Source of the DNA: Clostridia bacterium | GTDB taxonomy: Bacteria; Bacillota; Clostridia; Christensenellales; Aristaeellaceae | Length of the DNA stretch: 64,000 nucleotides | NCBI GenBank assembly: GCA_017404985.1 | Contig: JAFRBK010000031.1 | Span: 3,114 to 67,113 of the forward strand | Direction of reading: 5' to 3' | Shown: positions 36,261 to 45,614 of the stretch, one piece after another | Numbering within the stretch: the first letter of the stretch is position 1 | How the letters are laid out: each line of letters begins with the position of its first letter | Program-made: the position numbers and the translations under genes | The notes under the pieces: model-generated | The model's database searches: none | What the model saw: the letters and a program-made list of their open reading frames with translations, nothing else | What the model was told of the DNA's origin: nothing

Positions 36261-37715
36261 ATGGTTTCACTGCTTTTGTCCCTGGGGGTTCTGGTTTTGG
36301 GTTACCTGGTATACGGACGGCTTGTGGAAAAGATTTTCGGGCCGGATGACCGGCAGACGCCGGCGGTGGCCATCAACGACGGCGTGGACTGCGTGCCCAT
36401 GAAGCCCTGGAAGGCTTACCTGGTGCAGCTTCTGAACATCGCCGGCACCGGGCCGATTTTCGGGCCGCTGATGGGCGCGGTTTTCGGCCCGGTCGTGTTC
36501 CTGTGGATCGTGTTCGGCGCCATTCTCGGCGGCGCGGTGCACGACTTCATGAGCGGCATGATTTCCTGCCGCCACGGCGGAAGCTCCATCGCGGAGCTTT
36601 CCGGCATCTATCTGGGCAACAAGGTCCGGTGGGTGATGCGGATTTTCTCCATCGTGCTGCTGGTGCTTTGCGGGGTCGTGTTTGTTACCAGCCCGGCGGG
36701 GCTGCTGGACAAGCTGACGCCGGACTGGATGAACGGCACTTTCTGGGCAATTGTGATTCTGGCCTACTATCTGCTGGCCACGCTGCTGCCGATTGACAAG
36801 GTGATCGGCAAGCTGTATCCGGTTTTCGGGGTGCTGCTGGTGACCATGGCCCTGGCCGTGATCGGGGGCATTCTCTTCTCCGGCGGGCGGTTCACCATCC
36901 CCGAGATTTCGCTGGCCAACCTGCATCCGGAAGGCACGCCCGTGTGGCCGTACATGTTCATTACGGTTGCCTGCGGGGCGATTTCCGGATTCCACGCCAC
37001 CCAGTCCCCGATGATTGCCAAATGCATCACATCGGAGAAGCAGGGACGGAAAATCTTCTACGGCGCCATGATCGGCGAGGCCGTGATCGCCCTGGTGTGG
37101 GCAGCGGCCGGCGTCGCTTTCTACGGCGCCACCCAGCTGCTGAACGAGGCCCTCGCGGCCGGGCCCTCCAACGTTGTATACGATATCTCCAAGGGCGTGC
37201 TCGGGTCGGTGGGCGGCGTGCTCGCCATCGTCGGCGTGATCGTATGCCCGATTACCTCCGGGGATACAGCCTTCCGGAGCGCCCGGCTGATTCTGGCGGA
37301 AACCTTCCACCTGGACCAGAAAGGCATCCGGAACCGCCTGGTGATTACGATTCCCCTGCTGGCCATCGGCGGGCTGCTGACCTGGTATGCCATCACCAAC
37401 AACAACGGGTTCCAGACCGTATGGCGCTACTTCTCCTGGAGCAACCAGACGCTGGCCATGATTTCCCTGTGGGTCGCTACCGCCTACCTGCTGAAGGAGA
37501 ACCGGAGGCCCTTCGGGTCCCTGGTGACAGCGATGCCCGCCGTGTTCATGTCCGCCGTCAGCATGACCTACATCCTGATGGCCGGGGAAGGCTTCCGCCT
37601 GTCCTCCGCCATCGCCTACCCGGTCGGGATCGGCTTCGCGGTGCTGCTGTTCTGCGTATATGTATACATGTTCATCAAAATGAAAAAGTCCCCGGCGGCA
37701 AACCAGAGACTATAA
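36261..37715 (+). CDS. cstA: Carbon starvation protein A family transporter
   Basis: TPA..NDGVD, IAGTGPIFG, GAVHD, ITVACGAISGFHATQS and FSWSNQ. Confidence 0.93.
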   Translation: MVSLLLSLGVLVLGYLVYGRLVEKIFGPDDRQTPAVAINDGVDCVPMKPWKAYLVQLLNIAGTGPIFGPLMGAVFGPVVFLWIVFGAILGGAVHDFMSGMISCRHGGSSIAELSGIYLGNKVRWVMRIFSIVLLVLCGVVFVTSPAGLLDKLTPDWMNGTFWAIVILAYYLLATLLPIDKVIGKLYPVFGVLLVTMALAVIGGILFSGGRFTIPEISLANLHPEGTPVWPYMFITVACGAISGFHATQSPMIAKCITSEKQGRKIFYGAMIGEAVIALVWAAAGVAFYGATQLLNEALAAGPSNVVYDISKGVLGSVGGVLAIVGVIVCPITSGDTAFRSARLILAETFHLDQKGIRNRLVITIPLLAIGGLLTWYAITNNNGFQTVWRYFSWSNQTLAMISLWVATAYLLKENRRPFGSLVTAMPAVFMSAVSMTYILMAGEGFRLSSAIAYPVGIGFAVLLFCVYVYMFIKMKKSPAANQRL

Positions 37716-37753
37716 CCAGAACAAAAACGGGGAAACTGCCGCAACGCCGGCAG

Positions 37754-37795
37754 CCGGAGGGGCAGGCGCTTATGACCCTGCCCCTCCGGGCCTTT
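37754..37795. terminator. Stem-loop between convergent cstA and YdcF genes
   Basis: Perfect 13-bp stem CCGGAGGGGCAGG/CCTGCCCCTCCGG. Confidence 0.7.
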
Positions 37796-38624
37796 ACGCC
37801 AGCGGCGGCAGCTCATGGATATCATAGGTTTCGTAATAGATCTCAAAGGCGGTTTTCACATCCCCGGAGAGCTCGATCAGCGCGCCGGCCTGGAACATGG
37901 CGGAAAGGGTTCCCTCGGGGGCTGGCCAGGCGGCGTTGGAGACCACCCGGACGTCGCTGTCCCGCAGAATCGCTTCCGCGCTGAAGAGCAGGGTTCCCGT
38001 GGCGATATGATAATCGCTGGAGACAATCGCGATCTGCTTCACCTGCGGATACCGCTCCGCAAGGATGGCAAAGGTATACTGGGCGTTCTGGGCGGTGGTC
38101 AGGGAGCGGTCCTCCACAACCAGCCGGGAAGGCTCCACGCCCCGGGCTTCCAGCCACTCCGCCATCCGGCCGGCCTCCGTGGCCGTCGGGTCATCGGCGG
38201 CCGTTCCTCCGCCCGTGCAGACGAGGACGGCCTGCGGATACTGCTCAGCGGCGGCCAGCAGCGCCTTCAGCCGCTCCACCAGCTCCGGCCGCATCGTGCC
38301 ATCCGGGTTCAGCTGAAAGCCCAGCGCCACCAGGCAGAGGGAATCATCCCGCGGCAGATCGTCCGGCAGGCGGCCGTTTACAACCACCGGGGCTTCCCAC
38401 AGCTCCATGATGCGGGCCCACTTCTGACCGAGATCCGGATCCAGCGCGGCCAGGCTGGCCAGGGCCTGCCCATCCCTTTTTCCGGTGGACGCATAGGCGA
38501 CCACGGCCCGCTCAATCATCGCCTGAGCCGACGATTTCGCCGCTTCCTCCGCCGCCGCGGGAACCACGGCCAGAACCACCAGGCATACCAACAGAACCGG
38601 GACCAGGATGCACTTCATAACCAT
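37794..38624 (-). CDS. YdcF/DUF218 (ElyC/SanA-like) family exported protein
   Basis: Signal peptide, LG..L..DG, CTGG, TEA..MA, EDRSLTTAQNA and VSSDYH. Start moved to 38624. Confidence 0.88.
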   Translation of the reverse strand: MVMKCILVPVLLVCLVVLAVVPAAAEEAAKSSAQAMIERAVVAYASTGKRDGQALASLAALDPDLGQKWARIMELWEAPVVVNGRLPDDLPRDDSLCLVALGFQLNPDGTMRPELVERLKALLAAAEQYPQAVLVCTGGGTAADDPTATEAGRMAEWLEARGVEPSRLVVEDRSLTTAQNAQYTFAILAERYPQVKQIAIVSSDYHIATGTLLFSAEAILRDSDVRVVSNAAWPAPEGTLSAMFQAGALIELSGDVKTAFEIYYETYDIHELPPLA

Positions 38625-38767
38625 CCGCTTCCTTTCCGTTTGCTTGCTTATTTTCATCCGCCTGCTTATTGATTCAGCCTCGCAGCCGGCACGGCAGGGC
38701 CTGCCCGCCGGCTTTTTCGGCAGCATGAGCATACCGCAAACCGGCGATTTTGTGAAGCCCCGGGTTC

Positions 38768-38820
38768 ACCCCTTTGATTCAGGCCGGAAAAAAGACCCCT
38801 TTGATTCAGGCCGGAAAAAA
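38768..38820 (+). repeat. Perfect 26-bp tandem direct repeat (27-bp period)
   Basis: ACCCCTTTGATTCAGGCCGGAAAAAA at 38768-38793 and 38795-38820. Confidence 0.95.
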
Positions 38821-38823
38821 CGC

Positions 38824-38852
38824 TTGACAACGGCGGGCTTTTCCGGTATGAT
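38824..38852 (+). promoter_or_regulatory. SigA promoter of helD
   Basis: TTGACA, 17 nt, TATGAT. Confidence 0.8.
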
Positions 38853-38885
38853 GCTCCCCCACACGCTTGCAGGACGAAGTTCCGT

Positions 38886-38926
38886 AAGCCTCTGCGAACA
38901 AACTTGCGCGGCAGAGGCTTTTATTT
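38886..38926 (+). terminator. Terminator-like hairpin in the helD 5' leader (possible attenuator)
   Basis: AAGCCTCTGC/GCAGAGGCTT stem followed by TTATTT, between the promoter and the ATG at 38950. Confidence 0.65.
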
Positions 38927-38949
38927 GTTCTGCCGGGAAAGGAAGAAAT

Positions 38950-41163
38950 ATGGAAAACATCCAATTGCCGGACCATCCGGCCGCGGAAGAGGAATACCGC
39001 CACCTGCAGGAAACCTGCGGGACCATCCGCCGGGAGATCGGGGAAGTGGAGGCGCTCACCGGCGCGAAGGCCGGGGAATGCATGGACGTGCAGATGAAGG
39101 AGGACCCGGACCAGCAGGAGGAAGTGACCATGCAGCTGTTCCGGTTCCAGCTGGACCGGCTGCGGCAGCTCTCCATGGCGGCCGGCCAGGCATACTTTGC
39201 CCGGCTGGATTTTATTCCCGCCGGCCACAGCCCCGAAACCTGGTACCTGGGGCGCTGGGGCATGCTGGACCCGGCGACGATGCATCCGGTGGTGGTGGAC
39301 TGGCGGTCGCCGGTGGCGAACCTGTACTACTCCGGCCAGATCGGCCCCATGGACTACGAAGCGCCGGACGGGCGTGTGGCGGGAGAGCTCACCCTGAAGC
39401 GGATGCTCACCGTGCGCGGGCGGGAGCTGAAGAGCCTGTTCGACAGCGGGATCGTGTCCCAGGAGGCTTACCTGCAGGAGGTGCTGGGAAGCATATCCAC
39501 CGACCGGCTGCGGGAAATCGTGACCACGATCCAGGCGGAGCAGAACATCGTGATCCGCCATCCGCTTTCCAGCCACCTGATGGTGCAGGGAGCGGCGGGG
39601 AGCGGCAAGACTACCATCGCCCTGCACCGGATCGCGTATCTGCTCTATGCCTTTCAGAAAACCCTGAAGCCGGAAAACATGATGATCCTGGCGCCGAACC
39701 CGCTTTTCCTTTCCTACATCTCCCAGGTGCTGCCGGACCTGGGCGTGGAGCGGGTGGTTCAGACCACCTTCGAGGGATGGTGCCGGGAAAGCATGGGGAA
39801 GCGCATGCCGAAAATCCTTCGGGAAAGCCGGCTGGAGAAGAACCTGGCCCTGAGCGCGGACCGGCGGGAAGAAGCGGGGCGCATACTTCGGCGGAAGGGC
39901 TCCCTGGAGATGATGAAGCGGCTGGAAACATGGCTGGAGCATCTGCAGGAAAAGGTATTGCCGGAAAACGGCATGAGGCTGGCGGGCGTGCCGCTGATGG
40001 AGCGGGCGGAACTGGAGACCGTATTTCTGAAAGACCTGCGGTACTTCCCGCTGGAGGAGCGCGTGGGCGAGCTGAAAAAGACCATCCGGAAGCGGGTGCA
40101 GTCCGCCGCGGCGCTGCTGAAGGAACGGTATGCCGCCGGGGCGGAGCAGATGGCGGACCGGATCCGGGGCGCGATGCGGGAAAGCCCGCAGCGGCAGCAG
40201 AAGATTCGGGAGGCATACGCGGTACGGGACCAGCGATTCCGGGAAATTGAACAGCGGGCGGCGGAATACATGGCCCGGTACCGGGAGAAGTTCCCGCTGC
40301 CGGACCTGGGCGGCCTTTACCGCGCCTTTCTGGAGGAATGCTTCCCCGGGGAAGGGCTTGCTTCGGAAGACGGGAGCCTGCGGCAGGAGGACCTGCCCGC
40401 GCTGGTGATGATCTGCCGGACGGTTTACGGGCTGAAAGCCAGGCCGATGAAGCACATCGTGATCGACGAATGCCAGGATTTTTCTCCGTTCCAGATTGAA
40501 CTGCTGAAGCAGGCCAACCCGGCCGCCACCTTCACCCTGGTCGGCGACCTGTACCAGGGCATCCGGGCGGACGAAGGCATCCGGAGCTGGGAGGAGTGGC
40601 AGGGGCCGGTTTTCGGGAACCGGGCGGACCTGAAGCAGCTGACCGTGAGCTACCGGAACACCGTCGAGATCATGAACCTGGCCCGGCGCACAGCCGCCCG
40701 GTACCCCATCCCGGGGATCGGGGAAACCCGGCCGGTGCTGCGCCACGGGGAAGCGCCGCGAATCCTGCGGGCCGCGAGCGAAAAGGAACGCCTGGGCATG
40801 ATCCGGGAGCAGGTAGCGGCCTGGAAGCAGGAGGGATACCACAGCATCGCCCTGATTGAAAAGACGGCGGAGCAGGCCCGGAAGCTTGCCCGCCAGATCG
40901 GGGCGGAGCTCGGGGCGCGGCTCCTTGACGAGACAGACTCGGACTACCGGGGCAGCGTGATGATTCTGCCGGCGAGCATCGCCAAGGGCATGGAATTCGA
41001 CTGCGTCGGCATCTGCGATGCGTCGGCGGAGAACTTTCCGGAGGACGAGTTCCTGTGCCGGATCCTGTACGTGATGATGACCCGGCCGCTGCACCGCCTG
41101 TGCATCTGGCACCGGGGCGAGCCTTCGCCCATGCTGGGCGGGCCGCTGCCCGAAATCTCCTGA
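38950..41163 (+). CDS. helD: HelD-family RNA polymerase recycling helicase-like ATPase
   Basis: YFARLDF, DWRSPVANLYY, IVTTIQAEQN, VQGAAGSGKTTIALHRIAYLLY, IDECQD and KGMEFD. Start moved to 38950. Confidence 0.9.
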   Translation: MENIQLPDHPAAEEEYRHLQETCGTIRREIGEVEALTGAKAGECMDVQMKEDPDQQEEVTMQLFRFQLDRLRQLSMAAGQAYFARLDFIPAGHSPETWYLGRWGMLDPATMHPVVVDWRSPVANLYYSGQIGPMDYEAPDGRVAGELTLKRMLTVRGRELKSLFDSGIVSQEAYLQEVLGSISTDRLREIVTTIQAEQNIVIRHPLSSHLMVQGAAGSGKTTIALHRIAYLLYAFQKTLKPENMMILAPNPLFLSYISQVLPDLGVERVVQTTFEGWCRESMGKRMPKILRESRLEKNLALSADRREEAGRILRRKGSLEMMKRLETWLEHLQEKVLPENGMRLAGVPLMERAELETVFLKDLRYFPLEERVGELKKTIRKRVQSAAALLKERYAAGAEQMADRIRGAMRESPQRQQKIREAYAVRDQRFREIEQRAAEYMARYREKFPLPDLGGLYRAFLEECFPGEGLASEDGSLRQEDLPALVMICRTVYGLKARPMKHIVIDECQDFSPFQIELLKQANPAATFTLVGDLYQGIRADEGIRSWEEWQGPVFGNRADLKQLTVSYRNTVEIMNLARRTAARYPIPGIGETRPVLRHGEAPRILRAASEKERLGMIREQVAAWKQEGYHSIALIEKTAEQARKLARQIGAELGARLLDETDSDYRGSVMILPASIAKGMEFDCVGICDASAENFPEDEFLCRILYVMMTRPLHRLCIWHRGEPSPMLGGPLPEIS

Positions 41164-41279
41164 TGGACGCCGGGGGACTCCTGGCCCGCGGCAGTGGCGT
41201 TTCGGCGGGAAAACGTGTATAATGGCATCAAGAAAAAAACCAGCACATCCACAACATTACAGAGAAAGGAATCCGTCAC

Positions 41280-43130
41280 GTGAAATACCTTCAGAAACTG
41301 GGAAAGGCGCTGATGCTGCCGGTATCCTGCATGCCGGTCTGCGGGCTGCTGATGGGCCTGGGATACTGCCTGTGCCCGGCCGCCCTGCAGGGCGGGGACA
41401 TTTCCGGCATCGCGGCGAGCATCGGGTTCTTCCTGATCAAGGCCGGCGGCGCCCTGATTGATAACATCGCCTGGCTCTTTGCCATCGGGGTCGGCATCGG
41501 GATGTCCGAAGGAAACGACGGAACCGGGGCGCTGGCAGCCCTGGTCTCCTGGCTGATGATCATCACGCTGCTGAGCACGGACACGGTCAAAACCCTGATT
41601 CCCGCCGCAGCCGGGGACGAGAGCCGGATGCTGGCTTTCGCCAAAATCAACAACCCGTTCATCGGGATCCTGTCCGGGATCCTGGGTTCCTTCTGTTACA
41701 ACCGGTTCCACAAAACCAGGCTGCCGGACTGGCTGTCCTTCTTCAGCGGGAAGCGGGCCGTGGCCATCATCGCCGGGGTGCTTTCCATCGCGGTGGCCTT
41801 CGTGCTGCTGATTCTGTGGCCGCTGCTTTTCTCCGGGCTGACCGCCCTGGGGCGCGGGATCGAGACGCTCGGCCCGGCCGGGGCCGGCCTCTATGCCTTC
41901 CTGAACCGGCTGCTGATTCCCTTCGGGCTGCACCACGCGCTCAACAACGTATTCTGGTTCGACACCATCGGGCTGGGGGACCTGACCCACTTCTGGGCCG
42001 GGCAGACCAGCGCGGACGTGACCTGGTCGCTGGGCATGTACATGTCCGGATTCTTCCCCTGCATGATGTTCGGGGTTCCGGCTGCGGCGCTGGCCATGGT
42101 CCGGAGCGCGAAACCGACCCGGCGGAAGGCAGCCCTGGGGATCCTGCTTTCCAGCGCGATCTGCTCCTTCGTTTGCGGCGTGACGGAGCCCTTTGAGTTC
42201 TCCTTCATGTTCGTGGCCCCCGTGCTCTACTTCGTATACGCACTGCTGTACGGCATCGTGACCTTCATCACGGTGGTGACCGGTTTCCGGGCAGGCTTCT
42301 GCTTCTCCGGCGGCGTGACGGACCTGTTCTTTTCCGCTTCGCTGCCGGCCGCGGCGAAAACCTGGCTGATCCTTCCCCTGGGGCTGATGGCCTTCGCGCT
42401 GTTCTACGGCGCGTTTCGGTTCATGATTCCGAAATGGAACCTGAAAACGCCGGGCCGCGAGGAGGACGGCGGGCTGCCCGCCGAAACGGCGAACAACGCC
42501 GGAAGCGCCGGCGGGAAATATGCCGCCATGGCGGAAACGATCCTGCGGGGGCTCGGAGGCGCGGAAAACGTGCTGTCCATCGACAACTGCATCACCCGCC
42601 TGCGGCTGGAAATCCGGGACATGGGCAAGGTGGACGACCAGGTGATCCGCTCCTCCGGCGCGGCGGGCCTGATCCGCCCGGGGAAGAACGCCCTGCAGAT
42701 CGTGATCGGCCCATCGGTGCAGTTCGTGGCGGACGAGCTGAAGACGCTGTGGAACGCGCCCGCGCCGACAGGGACGGGCGCCGGGGAAGCAATTCCGGAG
42801 ACGTCCCGGGGAGAACACCGGCGGGTTGCCCGGGGAGACCTGCTTTTCGCCGCCCCGGAAAAGGAGATGGACCGGGACGAATTTGAATACACAATCACGG
42901 ACAAAACGGGGATCCACGCCCGGCCGGCCGGGGAAATCGCCGGGATCGCGAAGAAATACGATTGCAGCGTGACCTTCGAGGCCAACGGAAAAAGCTGCTC
43001 CGCCGCCGGCATAGTCGGGCTGATGTCCCTCGGCGCGGCGGAAGGCACCCGCCTGACGGTTCGCGCTGACGGGCCGGAGGGGCGCCGGGCGCTCGCAGCC
43101 CTTTATGACTATATGAAGGAGAATCTGTGA
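41280..43130 (+). CDS. nagE: PTS N-acetylglucosamine-type EIIC-EIIB fused to a C-terminal HPr domain
   Basis: LQKLGKALMLPV, PFGLHHALN, GVTEPFEF and KTPGRE (EIIC); DNCITRLRL (EIIB); GIHARPA...GLMSLG (HPr), all in one frame. Confidence 0.88.
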   Translation: MKYLQKLGKALMLPVSCMPVCGLLMGLGYCLCPAALQGGDISGIAASIGFFLIKAGGALIDNIAWLFAIGVGIGMSEGNDGTGALAALVSWLMIITLLSTDTVKTLIPAAAGDESRMLAFAKINNPFIGILSGILGSFCYNRFHKTRLPDWLSFFSGKRAVAIIAGVLSIAVAFVLLILWPLLFSGLTALGRGIETLGPAGAGLYAFLNRLLIPFGLHHALNNVFWFDTIGLGDLTHFWAGQTSADVTWSLGMYMSGFFPCMMFGVPAAALAMVRSAKPTRRKAALGILLSSAICSFVCGVTEPFEFSFMFVAPVLYFVYALLYGIVTFITVVTGFRAGFCFSGGVTDLFFSASLPAAAKTWLILPLGLMAFALFYGAFRFMIPKWNLKTPGREEDGGLPAETANNAGSAGGKYAAMAETILRGLGGAENVLSIDNCITRLRLEIRDMGKVDDQVIRSSGAAGLIRPGKNALQIVIGPSVQFVADELKTLWNAPAPTGTGAGEAIPETSRGEHRRVARGDLLFAAPEKEMDRDEFEYTITDKTGIHARPAGEIAGIAKKYDCSVTFEANGKSCSAAGIVGLMSLGAAEGTRLTVRADGPEGRRALAALYDYMKENL

Positions 43131-45118
43131 TGGACCGATTCGCATGCAAAACCGCCCAGAAGGGCTTCGGCGCCGGAAAGGCGTACATCCTCCACGGCGG
43201 GCCGGCAGCAGCATACCGGCCGGGAAGCCCGGAGGAGGAAGCTGCCCGGCTGGACAGGGCCGCGGCGGAAATGAACCGGAAACTGGCGGCCCGGAAAGCG
43301 CAGGCCGACGCGACGGAAACGGCGCTGCTGGACGCGGAGACGGCAATACTGAACGGGGACGAGTTCCTCGGGGAGGCGCGCCGCGGCATCCTCGAAAAGG
43401 GGCTGAGTGCGCCGGACGCCATCGGCCGGACCGCGGACAGCCTGTGCGCCATGCTGCGCGAGAGCGGAAACAGCTACATTCAGGAACGGTGCGAGGATAT
43501 CCGGGGGCTCGCCTCCGGACTGGCCGCGCTGGCCAGGGGCAGCGGGCAGGGGATGCCCACGGAGCCCTGCATCCTGGTCGGGACCGAGCTGAGCCCGGGG
43601 GAGATCACCATGGCCGGGCCGGACATCCTGCGGGGCATCCTGACCGAGACCGGCTCCCCCACCTCCCACGTATCCGTCCTGGCCGGGAGCCTCGGCATTC
43701 CCTACCTCTACGGGCTGGAAAACCTGGCGGACAAGGTGCGGGACGGGGACTACCTGATTCTGGATTCGGAAGCGGGCGGCATCTGCGTCCACCCGGACGG
43801 GGAACAGATCCGGGAAGCCGAGGCGCGGCAGGCCGCCGCCGAAAAAGCCCGGGCGGAACAGCGGAAACAGGCCGCCGGAAAGACCACCCGGACGAAAATC
43901 GGCGCCAACATCTCCCGGGCGGAGGAGGCGGACGGGCTGGCGGAAGCCGGGGCGGACGGGATCGGGCTCTTCCGGTCCGAGTTCCTGTTTCTGAACCGGA
44001 GCGAGGCGCCGTCGGAGGAGGAACAGTACGAAGCCTACCGGCACGCGGCCGAGGCGATGGGCGGACAGGAAACCGTGATCCGGACCATGGACATCGGATC
44101 GGACAAACGGGCGGAATGGCTGGAGATGCCGGAAGAAATCAACCCGGCGCTGGGCCTGCGGGGGCTGCGGGTATCCCTGAAATACCGGGAGCTTTTCCGG
44201 ACGCAGCTGCGGGCGCTGCTCCGGGCCGCGAAAGCCGGAAACCTGCGGATCATGATCCCGATGGTTGCCTCGGAATGGGAATTGGACGAAGCCCTGAAAG
44301 AGCTCCGGGCGGCGGCGGAAGAGCTGGACGCCCGGAAGGAAAGCTACGCCATTCCGGACGTCGGCGTGATGATCGAAACGCCCGCGGCGGTGATGATCGC
44401 CCCGGAGCTGGCGGCAAAAGCCCGGTTCTTCAGCATCGGGACCAACGACCTGGGCCAGTATACACTGGCGGTGGACCGGGAAGCGCGGGACATGGACGCA
44501 TACTTCAACCCGATGCACGAGGCCCTGCTGCGCATGATCGGGATGACGGTGAAGGCCGCCCACGAAAAACAGATTCCCGTCGCCGTATGCGGTGAGCTGG
44601 CCGGCAGGCCCGAAGCCATCGGGACCCTGATCCGGCTGGGGGTGGACGAGCTGTCCGTATCCCCCGCCAAACTGGTGGCCACCCGGAACGCGGCGGCAGA
44701 AGCGGAAGCCGCCATTGAAAAAGAACGCAGGCCCAAAACGGCAGAGGGAATCCGGTCCCCCGCGGAGGGAGAGCTGATTCCCATGGCGGAAATCCCGGAC
44801 CCAGCCTTCTCCGGCGGCATCATGGGCGAATGCGTCGGCATCCTGGCGGAAGACGGGAACATCTGCGCGCCGCTCAGCGGCACCGTGACTACGGTGGCCG
44901 CCGCGAAACACGCTTTCTCCATCCGGAACGGCGAAACGGAAGTGCTGGTGCACGTCGGCCTGGATACTGTTCAGTTAAAGGGAGAGGGGTTTACTGTGCA
45001 TGTGCGCGAAGGGGACCGGGTGGAACAGGGACAGCCGGTGCTGGACGCGGATCTGGACCTGATCCGGGCAAGAGGATACAACCCGATGGTGATCGTGGTG
45101 CGGCTGAACGCGGGTTAA
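43127..45118 (+). CDS. ptsP: PTS enzyme I fused to a C-terminal glucose-family EIIA domain
   Basis: TSHVSVLA, GIGLFRSEFLF, NPALGLRGLR, SIGTNDL and CGELA (EI), then IPDPAFS, HAF and VLVHVGLDTV (EIIA). Confidence 0.9.
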   Translation: MMDRFACKTAQKGFGAGKAYILHGGPAAAYRPGSPEEEAARLDRAAAEMNRKLAARKAQADATETALLDAETAILNGDEFLGEARRGILEKGLSAPDAIGRTADSLCAMLRESGNSYIQERCEDIRGLASGLAALARGSGQGMPTEPCILVGTELSPGEITMAGPDILRGILTETGSPTSHVSVLAGSLGIPYLYGLENLADKVRDGDYLILDSEAGGICVHPDGEQIREAEARQAAAEKARAEQRKQAAGKTTRTKIGANISRAEEADGLAEAGADGIGLFRSEFLFLNRSEAPSEEEQYEAYRHAAEAMGGQETVIRTMDIGSDKRAEWLEMPEEINPALGLRGLRVSLKYRELFRTQLRALLRAAKAGNLRIMIPMVASEWELDEALKELRAAAEELDARKESYAIPDVGVMIETPAAVMIAPELAAKARFFSIGTNDLGQYTLAVDREARDMDAYFNPMHEALLRMIGMTVKAAHEKQIPVAVCGELAGRPEAIGTLIRLGVDELSVSPAKLVATRNAAAEAEAAIEKERRPKTAEGIRSPAEGELIPMAEIPDPAFSGGIMGECVGILAEDGNICAPLSGTVTTVAAAKHAFSIRNGETEVLVHVGLDTVQLKGEGFTVHVREGDRVEQGQPVLDADLDLIRARGYNPMVIVVRLNAG

Positions 45119-45158
45119 CCCCGCAGGCCGGTCCGGCGGCGGAAACAGGGGAAACCCA

Positions 45159-45506
45159 TTATTTGCTGCCCAGCAGATCCCACATGGAAACCTGGCCGTC
45201 TTCCTTGCGGACGGCTTTCGGAGCAGTTTTTCTGGCTTTCTGTTCCCCTTTGGGCGGCTCCTCCGCCTCGACGCCTTTCGGCTCCGGCGCCGACTGCCTT
45301 TCCTGCTCCGCCCTCAGCAGCCGGTCGGACAGGAGAAGCACCGCCAGAACGGCGTTATTATAGGCCGAAAGGCCTGAAAACCCTGCGGTTTCCCGCATGG
45401 CTGCATTTGCTTTTTTCTCCAGGGCAGCAATATAATCATCCGAATCATCGGAATAAAAGCTGAACGGCTGCCCGCCAATGGATACCGTGACCCTTCTTTT
45501 TTCCAA
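45159..45506 (-). CDS. zapA: Cell division protein ZapA family
   Basis: VTVSIGGQ.F...DDYI..L..K.N..M and AVLAVL pattern. TTG start with SD GAGG. Confidence 0.72.
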   Translation of the reverse strand: MEKRRVTVSIGGQPFSFYSDDSDDYIAALEKKANAAMRETAGFSGLSAYNNAVLAVLLLSDRLLRAEQERQSAPEPKGVEAEEPPKGEQKARKTAPKAVRKEDGQVSMWDLLGSK

Positions 45507-45614
45507 CTTGACGCCTCTTTCAACCGTCCTCAGATTGAGAGGACGGTTCGTTCCAGTATCGCAGGTTTTGGGCGGAAAAGCAAGAGAGAAACAAAACGCT
45601 TCCGCGCCGCGGAC

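Noticed and set aside
38768-38820. Direct repeat as a CRISPR array
   Set aside because: Only two adjacent copies, no spacer and no cas genes.
45522-45548. Hairpin AACCGTCCT/AGGACGGTT upstream of zapA as 6S RNA or a riboswitch
   Set aside because: Far too short for 6S RNA and lacks a U tract. At most a simple stem-loop.
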